Below, piece after piece: positions 1 to 13,414 of a stretch of 64,000 bases of DNA. Position 1 is the first letter of the stretch. Each line of letters opens with the position of its first letter. The position numbers were made by a program, and so were the translations under genes. The notes under the pieces are model-generated. The model searched no databases, was not told the DNA's origin, and was given only the letters and a program-made list of their open reading frames with translations. The stretch is from Schmidtea polychroa (Eukaryota): NCBI GenBank assembly GCA_044892525.1, contig CM097885.1, positions 147,064,001 through 147,128,000 on the forward strand, given 5' to 3'.

Positions 1-1
1 A

Positions 2-403
2 GAAATAACTGAACAGCAAAATAATGATAAAAGGGATGGAGAAATATTAATTATTCCTGCTGAACCTGAAGTTACACAAGTACCAGTATCTGTTTCAGAT
101 GAGTTAGATTTAGCAATACAAAAATGCCAAGCTGCCGCAGTTCCTATTAATGCGGATAATTTCAATTCGTTAAACAAAGAATTCCAAATTTACGAAGCCA
201 CCGGAATAAAATCTAGAAATTTGGATTTACTATATAATGCTCTTCTAACAGTGAAACCAACGTCAACGGAGAGTGAAAGAGTATTTTCAACATCCGGAAT
301 TGTGTTGTCAAAACTAAGGACAAGAATGAAAGATGAATCAATTAATGCTATTGTATTTTTAAAGAGTTGGTTTCAGTGTTCAGTCTCATTAATAAATGAA
401 TAA
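2..403 (+). CDS. hAT transposase C-terminus (dimerisation domain), 5'-partial
   Basis: Frame open from base 2; ends with LLTVKPTSTESERVFSTSG...LRTRMKDESINAIVFLK, the hAT dimerisation-domain signature (PxTSxxxERxFS). Confidence 0.85.
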   Translation, partial: EITEQQNNDKRDGEILIIPAEPEVTQVPVSVSDELDLAIQKCQAAAVPINADNFNSLNKEFQIYEATGIKSRNLDLLYNALLTVKPTSTESERVFSTSGIVLSKLRTRMKDESINAIVFLKSWFQCSVSLINE

Positions 404-1067
404 TATTTTCTTTTTTTATTGTTTTTTTTAATTTCATGTTTTTAGCACATTCTCGAATTATTCGCATTATTCGAATTATTCGAATAATTCAATATTTACT
501 ATTCGTATATTCGAATATCTGAAAACCACGAATAGTGTTAAACCATAATTTAGACTGTGATATAAATGTCTGTTTTTAATAAACATTGTACGTTTCGTTT
601 TGTAGTTATTATTCAACACATAATTTTGACATATTAAATATATAATAATTATAATAATGATAATTATGATAATGACAGTGGAGTTGTCAAAATATTGCAA
701 TAATAAATTTCAGAAAATAGTGTTCTTTTATTTATTTGTAAGAATTACTATTGTTATTTATTAGTTTATTTAAATAATTAAACCAAATGATTTTTAAAAT
801 AAATTTAAATTTATAATTCGGTCGTAGATAAAATAAAATATTTTGGCCTTATGAAATATTGAATTTAATTTTCGGGTTATGATTATGAACATTTTTAATG
901 GAATTTTTAAGTTAAAATTTATTATTTTGAAAATCATTTTAATGATCAGATTACTTTCTTAAATTTTTGATATTTCATCGATGCTTTAAAATTCTGTTTA
1001 TTTTAATTGCTATTCAAGCCTTTCTTGTTAGATTTTGTTGGGCTATTGAGTTGGTGATAATTTTAAA

Positions 1068-2401
1068 TGTTACTCTGACTCCAAACGTGTCTTTATGCGA
1101 TTCACAAATAATACTTGAGAACAGAAATCTTTATTGATAATCACAAATCAACTTTCACTTGACACTGACAATAAATTCAACACTGCTTGGTGACTATACA
1201 ATGCTTATTACAACACTCGGTGACTATACAATGCTTATTACAACACTCGGTGAGGAATAGCACTTGTGTATAACACCGGATTAAAAGATCACAAATTACT
1301 GATTGGTTTCTAAACTGGAATTTTGAGCTGGTTGTTTTCCTTGACTTTCTTCACAACTTTATTCAAATAATCAAATAACTTCTTTTCGTTTCATTTTTCA
1401 ACTAATTCTTTTCTTCAAGTCTTCTCCAATAATTATTTTCCACAATTATTTCCTTTAAAATTATTTTTGGCAATCGTTTGTCCAACAACGTTTCGTCCAA
1501 CATCTAATTTTCTCCAGCAATTTTATCTCTCAAATCGTCTCTTAAATCGTATCTCAAATCGTCTTCCAAATTGTCTCAATGTCGCGTCACTTTTGTCTCT
1601 AATTTTATTCTCCTCTCATGTCCACTAGTTTTCCTTTATATAGTTCGCTTCTCTTGTGGCACTCCAGATAATCAAGTGTTTTTCCATTTTCCTTCTCATG
1701 CTTTTCCCGACTGTTCCATTTTTTTCTCTGACAGCTGTCAAGTTGTTTTCCGTTTTTCCCTTTTTTGTTTGATGGCCTTCTACCATCAATTCTGTTATCA
1801 CTGGCAAGCTGTCGAGATAAGGATATTGTTGTTTTCCTTTTTCCCCGATTTCAAAATTCCTTTTCCTTTTTGTACTAATTAATTAGAACTGACCTTGATT
1901 TTTATTTTCCTTTTTGATTCCTTTTATTTCTTTTATCTTTCTCATTTTTAATTTCTTTTCACTTCCGTTTTCTTTTCTATAGATTGTCCCGTTTGTCATG
2001 TCGATCTTCCCTCAGGTAATTTTATTTATTTATTTGTAAATTGTTATTTAGGTATCCTCAACAATTTTAAAAAATTACTGATTTCTTTTTTTATAAATAT
2101 TTTCTAAAGTTTTCTTTTTTTGATTGTTTCCTATATTTATGATCCCGCATATAATTTTCACATCTGTAATAAATTTACAGAAATATCACAAAGATTCATT
2201 CTCATACTTTTTAGCAGTTCTTTTTAAAGTAAAATTAATTCTCCTGGGGTTCCGTTTTTTTATATTTCTAAATGTTTTCATCCCAGACATTAGTTGTTAC
2301 TTTTGATTTTTCTCGTTTAAAATATATTTTTATTATTTTAGTTTTTGACAATTGATAAACAGTTTTTATTTAATATTGACCTTATTTCACAGGGAGTAAC
2401 A
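1068..2401. repeat. LTR-like repeat / possible solo LTR
   Basis: Begins TGTTACTC and ends GAGTAACA (8-bp inverted termini). Internal 30-bp tandem duplication at 1189-1248. Shares a CTGACTCC end motif and pyrimidine-rich body with 10101-11586 and ~21250-22220. No clean TSD. Confidence 0.35.
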
Positions 2402-4531
2402 AATTGCATAGTTTTCAAATTCTACATTAATCTTGGAGAATTTTCTCTAAAAAACTTTGTTGGGACTACCCGGGACAATGTATGCATAACAATTTTTAAA
2501 ATAATTATTCAGTAAAAAAAGACAATAATAAAACAATAATATTTTTGGTAAGTTTATATAAACAACAAAAATAACTAACGCGTTAATAGTATAAATATTT
2601 CAACAATTCATAATATCTTCGACAGTATCTTCATAATTTTGGATTTTTATGCTGTTTTTTTCTAATATTTTTGTATCACTATAATAAACTAATTAAAGTT
2701 TATTAGAGAGCAGTGGTTGCCAAACATTTATGGACCCAGGCGCTCTATTTCAAAATATTGGTCCACCTAAAGCAGTTAAATTTGTTTCAAAATATGATAA
2801 TAAATTAAACACGTAATTTAAATTCAGACAATTTAAGTAACAAAGTCTGTTAAAAATAAACTTATCATTAAAATAGTTAATGGGATGGATGAACTTGTTG
2901 TTCATTACACGAATTCTCAAATTTCGCAATCAAACTGCATACAAATACCCTCATTTCCCGTTCCACATTATTTTTCGGATTATATTTACCCTTTATGATA
3001 TAAATGTAACAATTATAGATATTAAAAAATGAGACTTTTATCTTATGGACTTAATTTTTTAACATCAAATATTAGCAAATTTGATTTTCTAAATCACCAT
3101 TTAAACCAATTTTGTTGCAATTGTTAAACTTAAAATTTTTAAATTCAAATTTTACACGAGTCTTACTTAAAATTCTTTTTAATTTTTACCAATTTAATAA
3201 ATTCATTACAATTAAATTTTCTACTTTTCTTGGCTTATTAAAGCATGAAAATAACCACTTGCCTTATATTTTGCAACATTTTCATGACAATCGTTTCTCT
3301 ATTTCATTTTCTTTTTCGACTAATATAAACGACTTTTTTTGTCGTTATTCTGTAAGTATTTTCATACAATTTTTCTATCCTGTTTATAATTTTAATATCA
3401 AATAATATGTAAATTTTTAATATTTTTTGTAAACTTATTTATCTAGTTTTCAACGGCTTTTTATATTTCTTCAATTCAAATTTAAAAGCTTAACTTTAAT
3501 TTTTTAAAAATTTAATAATTCAAGAAAATGTGTTTTTAAAAAAATTCTAATAGAAATAATTCATGTCAAAATTAAAACTTAAAAATTTTGAAAAATCAAT
3601 AAAACTTTTAAATAAACTACTAGTATGAAATAAATTAATTAATTTAAATAATATTTTTATAATGAAAAAATAATGATATTGACTGATAATTTTAGAAAAC
3701 TTTCTACTACTGATTATTATTGATAACTAAAAACATTTCAATGATATTTTTTTTAATTTATATATGAAGTCCGATTTTTCTTTTGAATGGCTTTAGAGAA
3801 ACTTTACAATTTCCTATTAAATAGTATTTAAAAAGTCAATCCTAAAATTAATTTTAATAATTTAAGTAAATAAATAGATTTTATTATGATTTCGATATTA
3901 TTATATTTCGTAAATATTTATTTGTAAATATTTAATTGTTAGAAAGGATGTTTTCAAATAATTTTACCATTAACTTCTCTTTGTTTTTATGGTATCCGGA
4001 CGTTTCATCACAAGATTGTTCATCAAGAGGACAGTTCATGATATATTAATTTGTTTTGGATATATCTTACTATACGTATTACTATGTTAAAATAAAGTAA
4101 ATAGCCAAATTAATAGAAATTGCAAAGAAAAACCTCCATCCCGTTGATGAACCATCCTGTGACGAACAGTTCTCTTGATTAACAGCCCGGCAATGAAAAG
4201 TCTTAGAATCGTTTTTATACGGAGATAACATCAAATTCTTCGATAATTCATTACACCTAAATAAAATTACATTTTTGTATGTGTTTTACTTCCTGTGACT
4301 TTTAATGGTGGTACCATACGTTGGGTATGGGTCTAGGTTGTTCCATAAATGTTATTTTCGGTACTTTCCGGTTATCTCAACCTCATCAAAAACGACCAGT
4401 CCCCATGTGACATGTACACTATGGTAATTTTGTGAATAGTTACCAAATTTCATAATTATGTGTTTTAATTTTTAAATTTTTAAGCCAAAAAATAGGTGTA
4501 TCGTTTAAGATACAGTGGACATTATCCATTT

Positions 4532-6266
4532 TCTTAGTATACATTGAAAATAAATGTAGGTTTGCTATAGTACTTCTAAATATTTATTTCAAAGATAATT
4601 CAGCTACTTATTATTTTTGAATTATGATGGTAATTTTAAAAACATTCTTGTTAGATGTAAGACACAAATTTAAATTACATTTAGTGCAAAACATTTTTGT
4701 TTAACCTGAATAATTGGGAAATTTTCATCTTCCAATGATGAGTTGAATCCAATCTTGTATCTCTAAGCGAAGCCAATGATGTGTTAGTGTCTCTCTTTTA
4801 TCTGAAATAAAGGTCATTAAAAATATATTTTTAAAAATTTTCAGCGATCTTTATTTTTCTAAAAATTGTCTAAAATAGAATTATTATAGAAATCTATCTC
4901 AGCGGTGCATTTCGATGAATCAAAAGTTTGTATGTGTTTTTTAGTATGTGTTGTGTTTGTGTGCAGTTTTTTATTTTTCTTCCACTTTTCAGATTTCTAT
5001 AGTACACCTAATTCCACATGTTAAAAGTCTCTATAATACATGTTGGTGTGTTCATCAGTTGATGACTCACCATTTATGAGAGAGTTTACATTTCATTTTT
5101 TCATTTTCAATTCAATTTTATTTATGGCTTTAAAAGTAAGTTTTTTAAATTTAAGTATATTTTAAGGCTTGAATTTTGATTTCATATAATTATGAGATCA
5201 TTATTCAAGCTCTTAAATATTACTTGTAATCAGCATTTATAATATATTGATAATTAAATTTCAGGTGCTTTTTTAGGTATTTTATGATATGTTATGAATT
5301 TGGAATTATTTCAATAAAATGTAAGTTATATATATTTTTAACTAAAAAGAAATAAAATAATCACCAAACACATTTATTTTTTTAAGAAATAATGGTTCCA
5401 ATCGATATTTTGGAGATTCCCAGTAATCTTCCAAAATCTTTATAATTTTCTCCATTTTCATATGCATTGATGAGACGGATTTTGTCATTTTCTGAAATTC
5501 TTTGAAAATATTATTTTTTTAAAATAAGTTATTAAAATTTACGATTTTAGAATTTTTTTCTTCAATTCCAAAGATGTCGATGTAACTTGTTGAATATCTT
5601 CACACAAAGGCGTTTGACTAGAAATATCTGATATGCTGTAAAATATTTTAATTATTTGTAATTAAATAAAAAAATTCTTACATTGTCAGATCTTCACCTT
5701 CGCAAAATGGAAATGTCTCCAAAGAAATATCTGAAAATCTAAAGAAATATTAACTTCAAAAATATTTTATAAATAGATCTTACGATGTTTTGTCGTCCAT
5801 TTCTCGAAAACTCAAAGTTGAGTTGTCAGATTCAAAATCCAAATTTTTTTCAGTCATGAATTTTAATAATTTTAAATTAATGATATGTTAACAGTATGTT
5901 AATGACTCTCTACTTTCGGAATAAAAAAAGCTATATTAAATTTGCGTGTATTTTATATTATGTGTGCTGTGTTTGTATGTAAAATTATTTTTCTGTCACT
6001 TTCTCAATTTCTATAATAAAACATTGAACATTCGGAACATTAAATTTTTGCACACAGGTAAGTTTGTGTGTTGCTATAATATAATTTTATCGATTTTTTT
6101 AGATTATAGAAACTTTTATATTCCGGATTTAGGTGTATAATATGTATAAGATGTATCTTAGTATACAATGAAAATAAATGTAGGTTTGCTATAGTACTTC
6201 TAAATATTTATTTCAAAGATAATTCAGCTACTTATTATTTTTTAATTATGATGGTAATTTTAAAAA
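4532..6266 (+). repeat. 111-bp direct repeat pair (4532-4642 and 6156-6266)
   Basis: TCTTAGTATAC...GATGGTAATTTTAAAAA occurs twice with only a few mismatches. Confidence 0.85.
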
Positions 6267-6379
6267 TATTTTTGTTAGATCAATCAAAGTAAGTATGTAT
6301 ATTTCTATAATGTAAGATTATTGATTTTTTTATTAAATATAAGAAACGGTTCTCAGTGGCGTTTGGTGTACACGGCCAC

Positions 6380-7560
6380 ACTTTTTAGTCTGGACAGTAT
6401 TGAAAGAAAATAGCGTGTCAACTATTTCACAAACTGAAATCAATCAATTTCATATGTTTGTGATGCTGCTGGTTTCCATTGATTGACTTATACAAGATCC
6501 ATGCGTTACCGCATATCCAACAAATGAAATAAAATCCTGTTTGCACATTTTTGACTTTTCATCTTATCTTTTGTTGTCCCGTTAGACTGTCAATTAAGTC
6601 CATGCCATCCATATGGTGAATTCCTTAAGTTCTCAAATATAATAAAAGAGGAAGGGTTCTAAAATAGTTGTCAATGAATATAATGTAGTTTTCATAGCGT
6701 GTAGCACTTCTCAAACTAATCTTACAAGAATATTGGCGGAAGTTTTTAAATCAGTTTCATCTTGAATGGGGTTTTCAGTCTGGTCAGTACAAATCTGAAA
6801 TTTGTATGCAAATCCCATCGTGTCACATAAATTGAAAAGCTTAAAACACCACTTCTTGGGTTTACTTAACAAATACTGCTTCATGAAATGTCCAATACTT
6901 GTTATTTGTTACTTTTGTTATTTATATGAAGACACTAACCGATTTTTTCAAACCGGGCTTTGGGCATTTGCTATATTTTAAAGTTTACGCAACGGTTATT
7001 TTTATCTACCCAATAGTGCCGTACATTTGGAACATTATAATATGTCATGTAAAACAGAATGCCAATGAACTTGTACAAATTAAATATATCAAATTGGAGC
7101 GAGTCGTTTTCTCCTGAATATTTTTTCGTTTCTTCTACAATCAATCTTTGACTCAGGAATAAATATGACTATACTTGAAACGGAATTTGAAATTCTTTCA
7201 AATTTTCCGGAATACTACTGTTCCCTCGGAATTTGATGTCTTCTTATTACATCAAATCTCAGAAATCTTTACAGGATCGTCGTTATAAGATCAACTACGA
7301 CATTTCGAAATTCATACGGAAATGAGAATGATGAATCAGGATTTGATATTAGCGATTGTTCAGAAATACTGGATGGAACTTATTCAATTATGGTTGAGAC
7401 ATTAATTTTACTTTCTGGAACATCATCATTGTTAACGATGTATTCAATGTTAGACAGATTTTCTTGTATGTTCTGTGAATGCATGGGAAAACTTGTATTG
7501 GAAAATTCGTCAATCAAATTTTAATCTTCCGTCATTGTACGATCATTAATTTTGATCACA
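6380..7560 (-). pseudogene. piggyBac-like transposase remnant
   Basis: Minus strand at ~6800-6895 reads GHFMKQYLLSKPKKWCFKLFNLCDTMGFAYKFQI, resembling the piggyBac KQYxPxKPxKWGxKxFxLCD motif. Many stops; boundaries approximate. Confidence 0.6.
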
Positions 7561-8234
7561 GTTGCCATATCTGGTAGGCAAAATCGGCAAATCGTAACAA
7601 TTTACAAACTAATGTGTTCAGAATACGCAGTGTCTAAAAAGATACAACTATTTGCACACAATGAACAACTTACTCAAAATATTTTATAAAAATATGAATG
7701 TTGCCTTTTTTAATATTGCTGGTTTAATCTATATTTTTTGATGATCTCTATTTTGATTAGTTTTGACGATATTATCACACAATATCGATGTTTTGACTAT
7801 TTTATTAAAAATTAGAATGTGAACTTTAAACATTAATTTCTTCGAATATTAAAACTACGATTAACTCATATATGACATTCCAAATAGAATGAAGTTAGCT
7901 GCGCTTCATAAAATTGGTTTGCGCAGTAAACTTTGAATATTTACATAAAAATATAGATTTAAACAGTTGTATCTTTTAAGATACCGGGGTTATTTAAGGG
8001 CTAAGGGTTAATTTTAATCTTTTGGTATGTTAAGAAATTATATATATAGAATATATATATATATATATAAGACTATTTTTTCCCAATTTCACCACGAATA
8101 TTTTTTGCCATTGAATTTATTAAAAAGAGTGCTTGAAGACTATAAATCAGTAATATATCGATGTTTTTTGATACTCAGGAATTCACTTGAAAAAGGCAGT
8201 GCCGAAAATTCGTTTTCTCGGGTTGGCACTGTTT

Positions 8235-9650
8235 TTAATTTTTTGAATTCATTGTATAATATTGCTGCACAAGTAGATCTTCATATTGATTTCCTTCATC
8301 AACCAGGACAACTTCCACTGCTTCTTCACTGTCACTTTCAGTATCAGTATAAAGTCTTCTATAAATTGACACAGGAACGGTTTTCAATGTCTTATGTGAA
8401 ATAGCTGGGAAATAGATACTTTGTTCGAAGGAAGGATTATGAAGATGCTGGATCAATCCTGTCACTTCGTTTTGTCTTCGACTAAGGAAACGATCAGTTA
8501 AACTTTGTGCCAGAGCATTGCTAAGTATGTTGTTTTTGTCCTTTAGTATATTCAAAATGAATATAAATGATGACTCTGCTTTCAACAAAGACGAATCTTC
8601 GGAGAAAAGCTCTTTAATGACGATTTCTAAAGGTTTCAACACATCTACAATTAGTTTTATTTCGTTCCATTCAATATCAAACAAAAGAATCTTCAATGCT
8701 GGATGAATGCAATCTTTTAACTTAAGAAATCTTGTCAACATATGAAGGATACTATTCAATCTTGTCTTCACTTCCAAAATGAGATTTAAGTGTTTTCGAT
8801 TACATTTGTGAATTACAAAGTCTTGTAAATAATCGTTTTTAATTGGTGACTTCCTAAATTTGTGACAGATTTGACGTATTTTCTTTATCAAAAAATCGTA
8901 ATTGCTGTGAAGTTCACGTTCGATATTCGGCTGGGTAATTTCAACAACATTTTCTTCTTGTTCCTCAACATTATCTGCAGTTGCATATGCTTCAATATTT
9001 TCATTTGAATGGGCTGATTCGAAACAATTTTTATATAAAACATCACAAATACTCAAATTTATTCCATGTGCAAAACATTGCATTACAGATGCGCCATCAG
9101 TAGTATATGTTACAATATCTCTGTTTAAAACAAGATTAAATTCTTTAATCTTATCTTCACTATGTCAATTGCAGCCAAACTATCCAATGATGCTTTAATT
9201 CGTACAAGGCCTAAATTCTAGTAAATATTTAATCCATGTACATTTATATTCACTTATCTTCTGTTCCGTTTTGAAGTATATTCGGCAATAGTCAGAGAAT
9301 ATCGCTTACCTTACCTAAACAGGAATGGGAAATAGGAATCTGTTTATTGTACTTATTTTTGTGCAAATTATTTTGAATAAATTTGCTCCCAGCTATTGCT
9401 CTGAAGCTTAAACCATCTTTACAAGCCAATTAAGGGCTTTCTTCATCAATTGAGTTTAATTTTATTAAATCTTCAAGAGTTTTTTTTGTGGAAGCTACAA
9501 CACTTTCAAAATCTATACCATGAACAGCTTTAAAATGTTTTATTAGGCCTTAGGTTGAACTACCTGAACAGATAAGCTTATTTTTGCATTTCTTGCATTT
9601 AGCATAGCTATTTGATAGCCTATCTAAATGCTCCCAAACAACAGATTTAT
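8235..9650 (-). pseudogene. hAT (BED-finger, ZBED1/Ac-like) transposase, disrupted and 3'-truncated
   Basis: BED finger VWEHL...AKCKKCKNKL...LIKHFKAVH at ~9510-9645 with an internal stop. ORF 8235-9083 carries CFAHGINL (hAT CxxH motif) and LEVKTRLNS (TRWNS-like). Lacks the dimerisation domain. Confidence 0.8.
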
Positions 9651-10100
9651 ATAACTTGGTAATTGATAATTGAAAATTGATTATAAGGAATTCCAATAAT
9701 TGACATAACGATTAATTATTAATATCATAAAGATATTTGGGTCACCGGCAATTAGAGTCACATTTAATTATCACTGTTTGAAATGAAGAGTTTGTGGGTA
9801 ATAAATTGCAAAATACAAGAATCTTAAAAACGTTTCATTTTCTATTTCCATTGATCAAAATTAAAATTTTCGAAGTATATGTAGAAACCGGGAAATATTC
9901 TTCAGTGCTTGTAACCCAACTTGAAATTCGGAACCGGGAAATTCCTGGGAATTTAAATCCGGGTCTCCACCATTATATATATATATATATTGCATTTTAA
10001 GGAAACGCAAAATTTTTATTTGAAATTTTATGCACGATAATTTTTCTCGTGACTCATTTGTGAGTGAATTTCATACTTTTTATATGTAATTCTGTATAAT

Positions 10101-11586
10101 TGTTGGGTTTAAGAAGTTGGATAGTTTCTGACTCCTCATGTCCTTTCCACTCAAATAAGAAAAACCCAACACAAAACAACTTTATTCAATCTTTATCACA
10201 ATTACAAGTAGTCACTCAATTTGCACTTTTCTTTCGTCGACAATCGTTATCGAAAATAGTTTGCCCAAAGAGTAATCACATTTCTGGAACAATAAGTTAT
10301 AATGTTCCTTAGATTTATTTGAATTATTTGCTCTATAATTCACTTTGAGTTCATAAGTCCACGCTATTTTTGTTTCTTCGACCAACTGGCAACTCGTCTC
10401 TTTTCAGCTTTTCATTTTATACTTTCTAAAAGCATTATCATTATTCCATTAATTCCTCCAGGGCTTACCGACATTATCGGCTTTTACTAAACCGTTATTT
10501 TAAACCTTGTGAGGATTACCGTTATTCCTCTAACGTGTCGGTTACCCGTTATTCTAATCTTCTTGGAGGGATTATTTGTTATCCTACTCATTTCCTTCTT
10601 ACACGGCTGCTCGTCGAATTCGCTTCTCTTTCTAATTATTCAGGCCTTAGTGCGCTTCGAGGTTTCCTCACCGCTCGGGTTTCACGTTGTTTCGGGCTTC
10701 TCATTACCTGGGGCTTTCCATTAGCGATTGATTATTTTTTAATTAGTTTGTTATTTTATTATTACTTTTTCTAGGAACCTCTTTACTAAATTTTTATTAT
10801 AGTTTCTGGATTTATCTCATGATTTCGTGTTCCATCATACCCATTTCCCCCGATTGATATTAATTTTGTCATTTTATTAATTTTTTAATTATTTTGCACT
10901 TTTGTTATTTCGGTGTTTTTATTGACTTTTATTCTACTTCCGTTTTATTTTGTGCTTTTTTACATTACTCCAACATAATTCTGTAATTTTTATTGTATTT
11001 TATTAAATGTTCGAAGGCATAATTTTGATTTTTGGCAGGTAAATAATTTTATATATCTATTTTTTGACTTTTAAGGAATTTATGCGTCAAATTTTTTCGA
11101 GTCCCCAGCCCAATGCACATTACATACAAGAGGATAATATCAATCGACCTATACATAACACTAAGGATTCTCCTCGCCAAAGTCCAGTGGACAGATCGAT
11201 CTGAACAAATTAAATTTTTACGAGCACTATAATTTCAAGTTTGATTTAATCGTGTTATTTCTGATCTTGGGTAATATTTTAACATGAAGAAATTTGAATG
11301 CAACAGATTGAGAAAACTTGACAAAATTTTGACTTGATAGTATCGGCTTAATGCTGCATTAATTATAAAATCATAAACTCTCCTATCGAGAAAACGTGAC
11401 TGATGTTCGACACATGAGTATCGATCACGAGCCATGAATAAGAGTCATAGTGTATAAGACCGAAATTGACAAGCACTAGAACAATAGTTTAAAAATAAAT
11501 AGTTTCAACAACTAAAACGAATAATTAATGAATAAGGAGTTTCAATTATCGGTATCTAGTAGATAACCCAAAATTATAACCCAACA
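10101..11586. repeat. LTR-like repeat / possible solo LTR
   Basis: TGTTGGGTT...AACCCAACA inverted termini. Shares CTGACTCC and GCTCGGGTTT/TTCCATTAGC motifs with ~21250-22220. No TSD found. Confidence 0.3.
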
Positions 11587-11672
11587 TTCTATCAGATTTG
11601 TCAGAAGTTGATGAATCACACAACGTAAATTGCTGAATTTGTTTTTAGAGATATTTTAGTGTTGGTGAAGTT

Positions 11673-12172
11673 AGTAGGGTATTGTGTGGACCCGGGAACA
11701 AAGACATATGACGTCATCGATGACGTCACAAAGACATATGACGTCATATCCCCGGGGAGGGTTTTTTTTTAATTTTTTTTTTAATTTTTTTTAAAATTTT
11801 TTTTTTAAATTTTTTTTTTAATTTTTTTTAAAAAAAAAATATATTACGTTGCGGTATTTTAAAATTTATATTACGTTGCGGTATTTTAAAATTTATTATA
11901 TTTTAATTATTAAATATATTACGTTGCGGTATTTTAAAAACTTATTTTGACGGTTAAGTTGACAAAATAAAATTATTATTACACACAATATAGTCTATCA
12001 GACAAGATTTTCTGTCACACACACAAGGTATAAAAAATATTATTAGTGTCCACACACGCAACAAGTTAGTGTTCTCATCGATAGCTATTGATATATTATT
12101 ATTATTAATCTATATACTCCGAGTCTATCCGACAAAATATTCTGTCCCCTTATGGGTACTGCTCACAAAGGT
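11673..12172 (+). repeat. Left terminal inverted repeat of the Polinton
   Basis: Reverse complement of ~19075-19512. Contains TGACGTCA x3 and ATATTACGTTGCGGTATTTTAAAA x3. Confidence 0.92.
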
Positions 12173-12260
12173 AAAGGTCACAAAGGTAAAGGTCGCAAAT
12201 GTACTGCTAAAAAATATTCAAGACAAAACTTTAACAAAGAAATTATACTTTAAATATACA

Positions 12261-12617
12261 CTAAAATTTATTAACACATTCACATTCATCATCTCCACAG
12301 TTCATAACATTTTCAACAACATGATCTATACAATCCCTATATACACACGGTTCAGTATCCGTAAATTCCTCCATAGGTTCATCAATTTCTTGAATGCTTT
12401 CCTCATCATCTTGAGCGTTTCCTTCATCTGTTTCATCAAATCCCGAATCTTCACTCTCTGCTACTTAGTCTATATTTAATGCGTTTGTAACAGATAATAT
12501 ATCCTCAATTTTCACACCAGATATTTCTGCTAATTTTTCCAATAAAAAGTTTATTATAAATTCTAAATATTAAATAATTAACTAATCATATTAACCTTTT
12601 TCTGCAGTCATTTTCAT
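12261..12617 (-). pseudogene. Small acidic Cys-tailed protein, probably spliced, with one premature stop
   Basis: ATG at 12617. A GT...AG intron at 12595-12563 (33 nt) restores a 108-codon frame: MKMTAEKEFIINFLLEKLAEISG...ESEDSGFDETDEGNAQDDEE...CGDDECECVNKF. In-frame TAA at 12465-12467. The intron is unusually short. Confidence 0.45.
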
Positions 12618-12744
12618 CACTTTAAAACTATATTATAAGTTTGTTTATAGATTTTCTTTGTTAAATTTGCATGTCATTTGCATTAATGTTGCAATTAATA
12701 AAGAGAAAAAACAAATATGACTAATACATTTATTAAATATAACA

Positions 12745-13155
12745 TTAAAATAGTTGTGAAAGTCTAGCAGACATAATTTTCCAAATAGGAGAATATACAT
12801 CATTATTATCAACTTTATATCCTTGGATTGCAATTGTTATATACCAATTTTCGTTTTCTTTGAAACCGATTTCATCAAAGGAATCATAAAATCTTGCATA
12901 TCTGTTGTTGAACCATGCATGTTGATTACAAGATAGATTTCGTTTGAAAACCCCATCAATAGATTTAATATCTATCATTGAAAGCGTGCCGGATAAGAAT
13001 TGAAATTTAGTTGGAATTAGCTTGATCGGTGACGCCAATTTCATATTGATTTCTTCTTTTAAAAAATAGATTTTATAGTTGTAGAACATTTGAACTGGTT
13101 GTACAAGTTCTGGAACAACTTTTGGCTTTTCAGTGCTTGAAATTTTCTTTGTCAT
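12745..13155 (-). CDS. Polinton hypothetical protein (136 aa), possible OB-fold ssDNA-binding protein
   Basis: Intact ATG ORF with a TATAAAAA box ~35 nt upstream. The C-terminal beta-rich segment YITIAIQGYKV...YSPIWKIMSA is reminiscent of viral SSBs (inference only). Confidence 0.7.
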   Translation of the reverse strand: MTKKISSTEKPKVVPELVQPVQMFYNYKIYFLKEEINMKLASPIKLIPTKFQFLSGTLSMIDIKSIDGVFKRNLSCNQHAWFNNRYARFYDSFDEIGFKENENWYITIAIQGYKVDNNDVYSPIWKIMSARLSQLF

Positions 13156-13414
13156 CGTGAATTATGATTAAAATGAAATGGTACAGGGTTTTTATACCTA
13201 TGACTATTGTTTATCAACCAATCAGATTGCTGTATGTCTTTGTTTAAATTGCATGTCATTTGCATTAATGTTGCATTAATGTTTTTTATTATAAATATTG
13301 TTTTTTATTATTATTTCTAATATTACTTATATTATTACTATTTCTATTACTATTATTATTATTTCTATTTCTATTATTTCGATTTACAAAAACAAAACAA
13401 TTCAACATAAAAAT

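Noticed and set aside
5395-5500. Tc1/IS630-like HTH remnant (KIRLINAYENGENYKDFGRLLGISK)
   Set aside because: Too short and isolated to assign, with no catalytic motifs or termini found.
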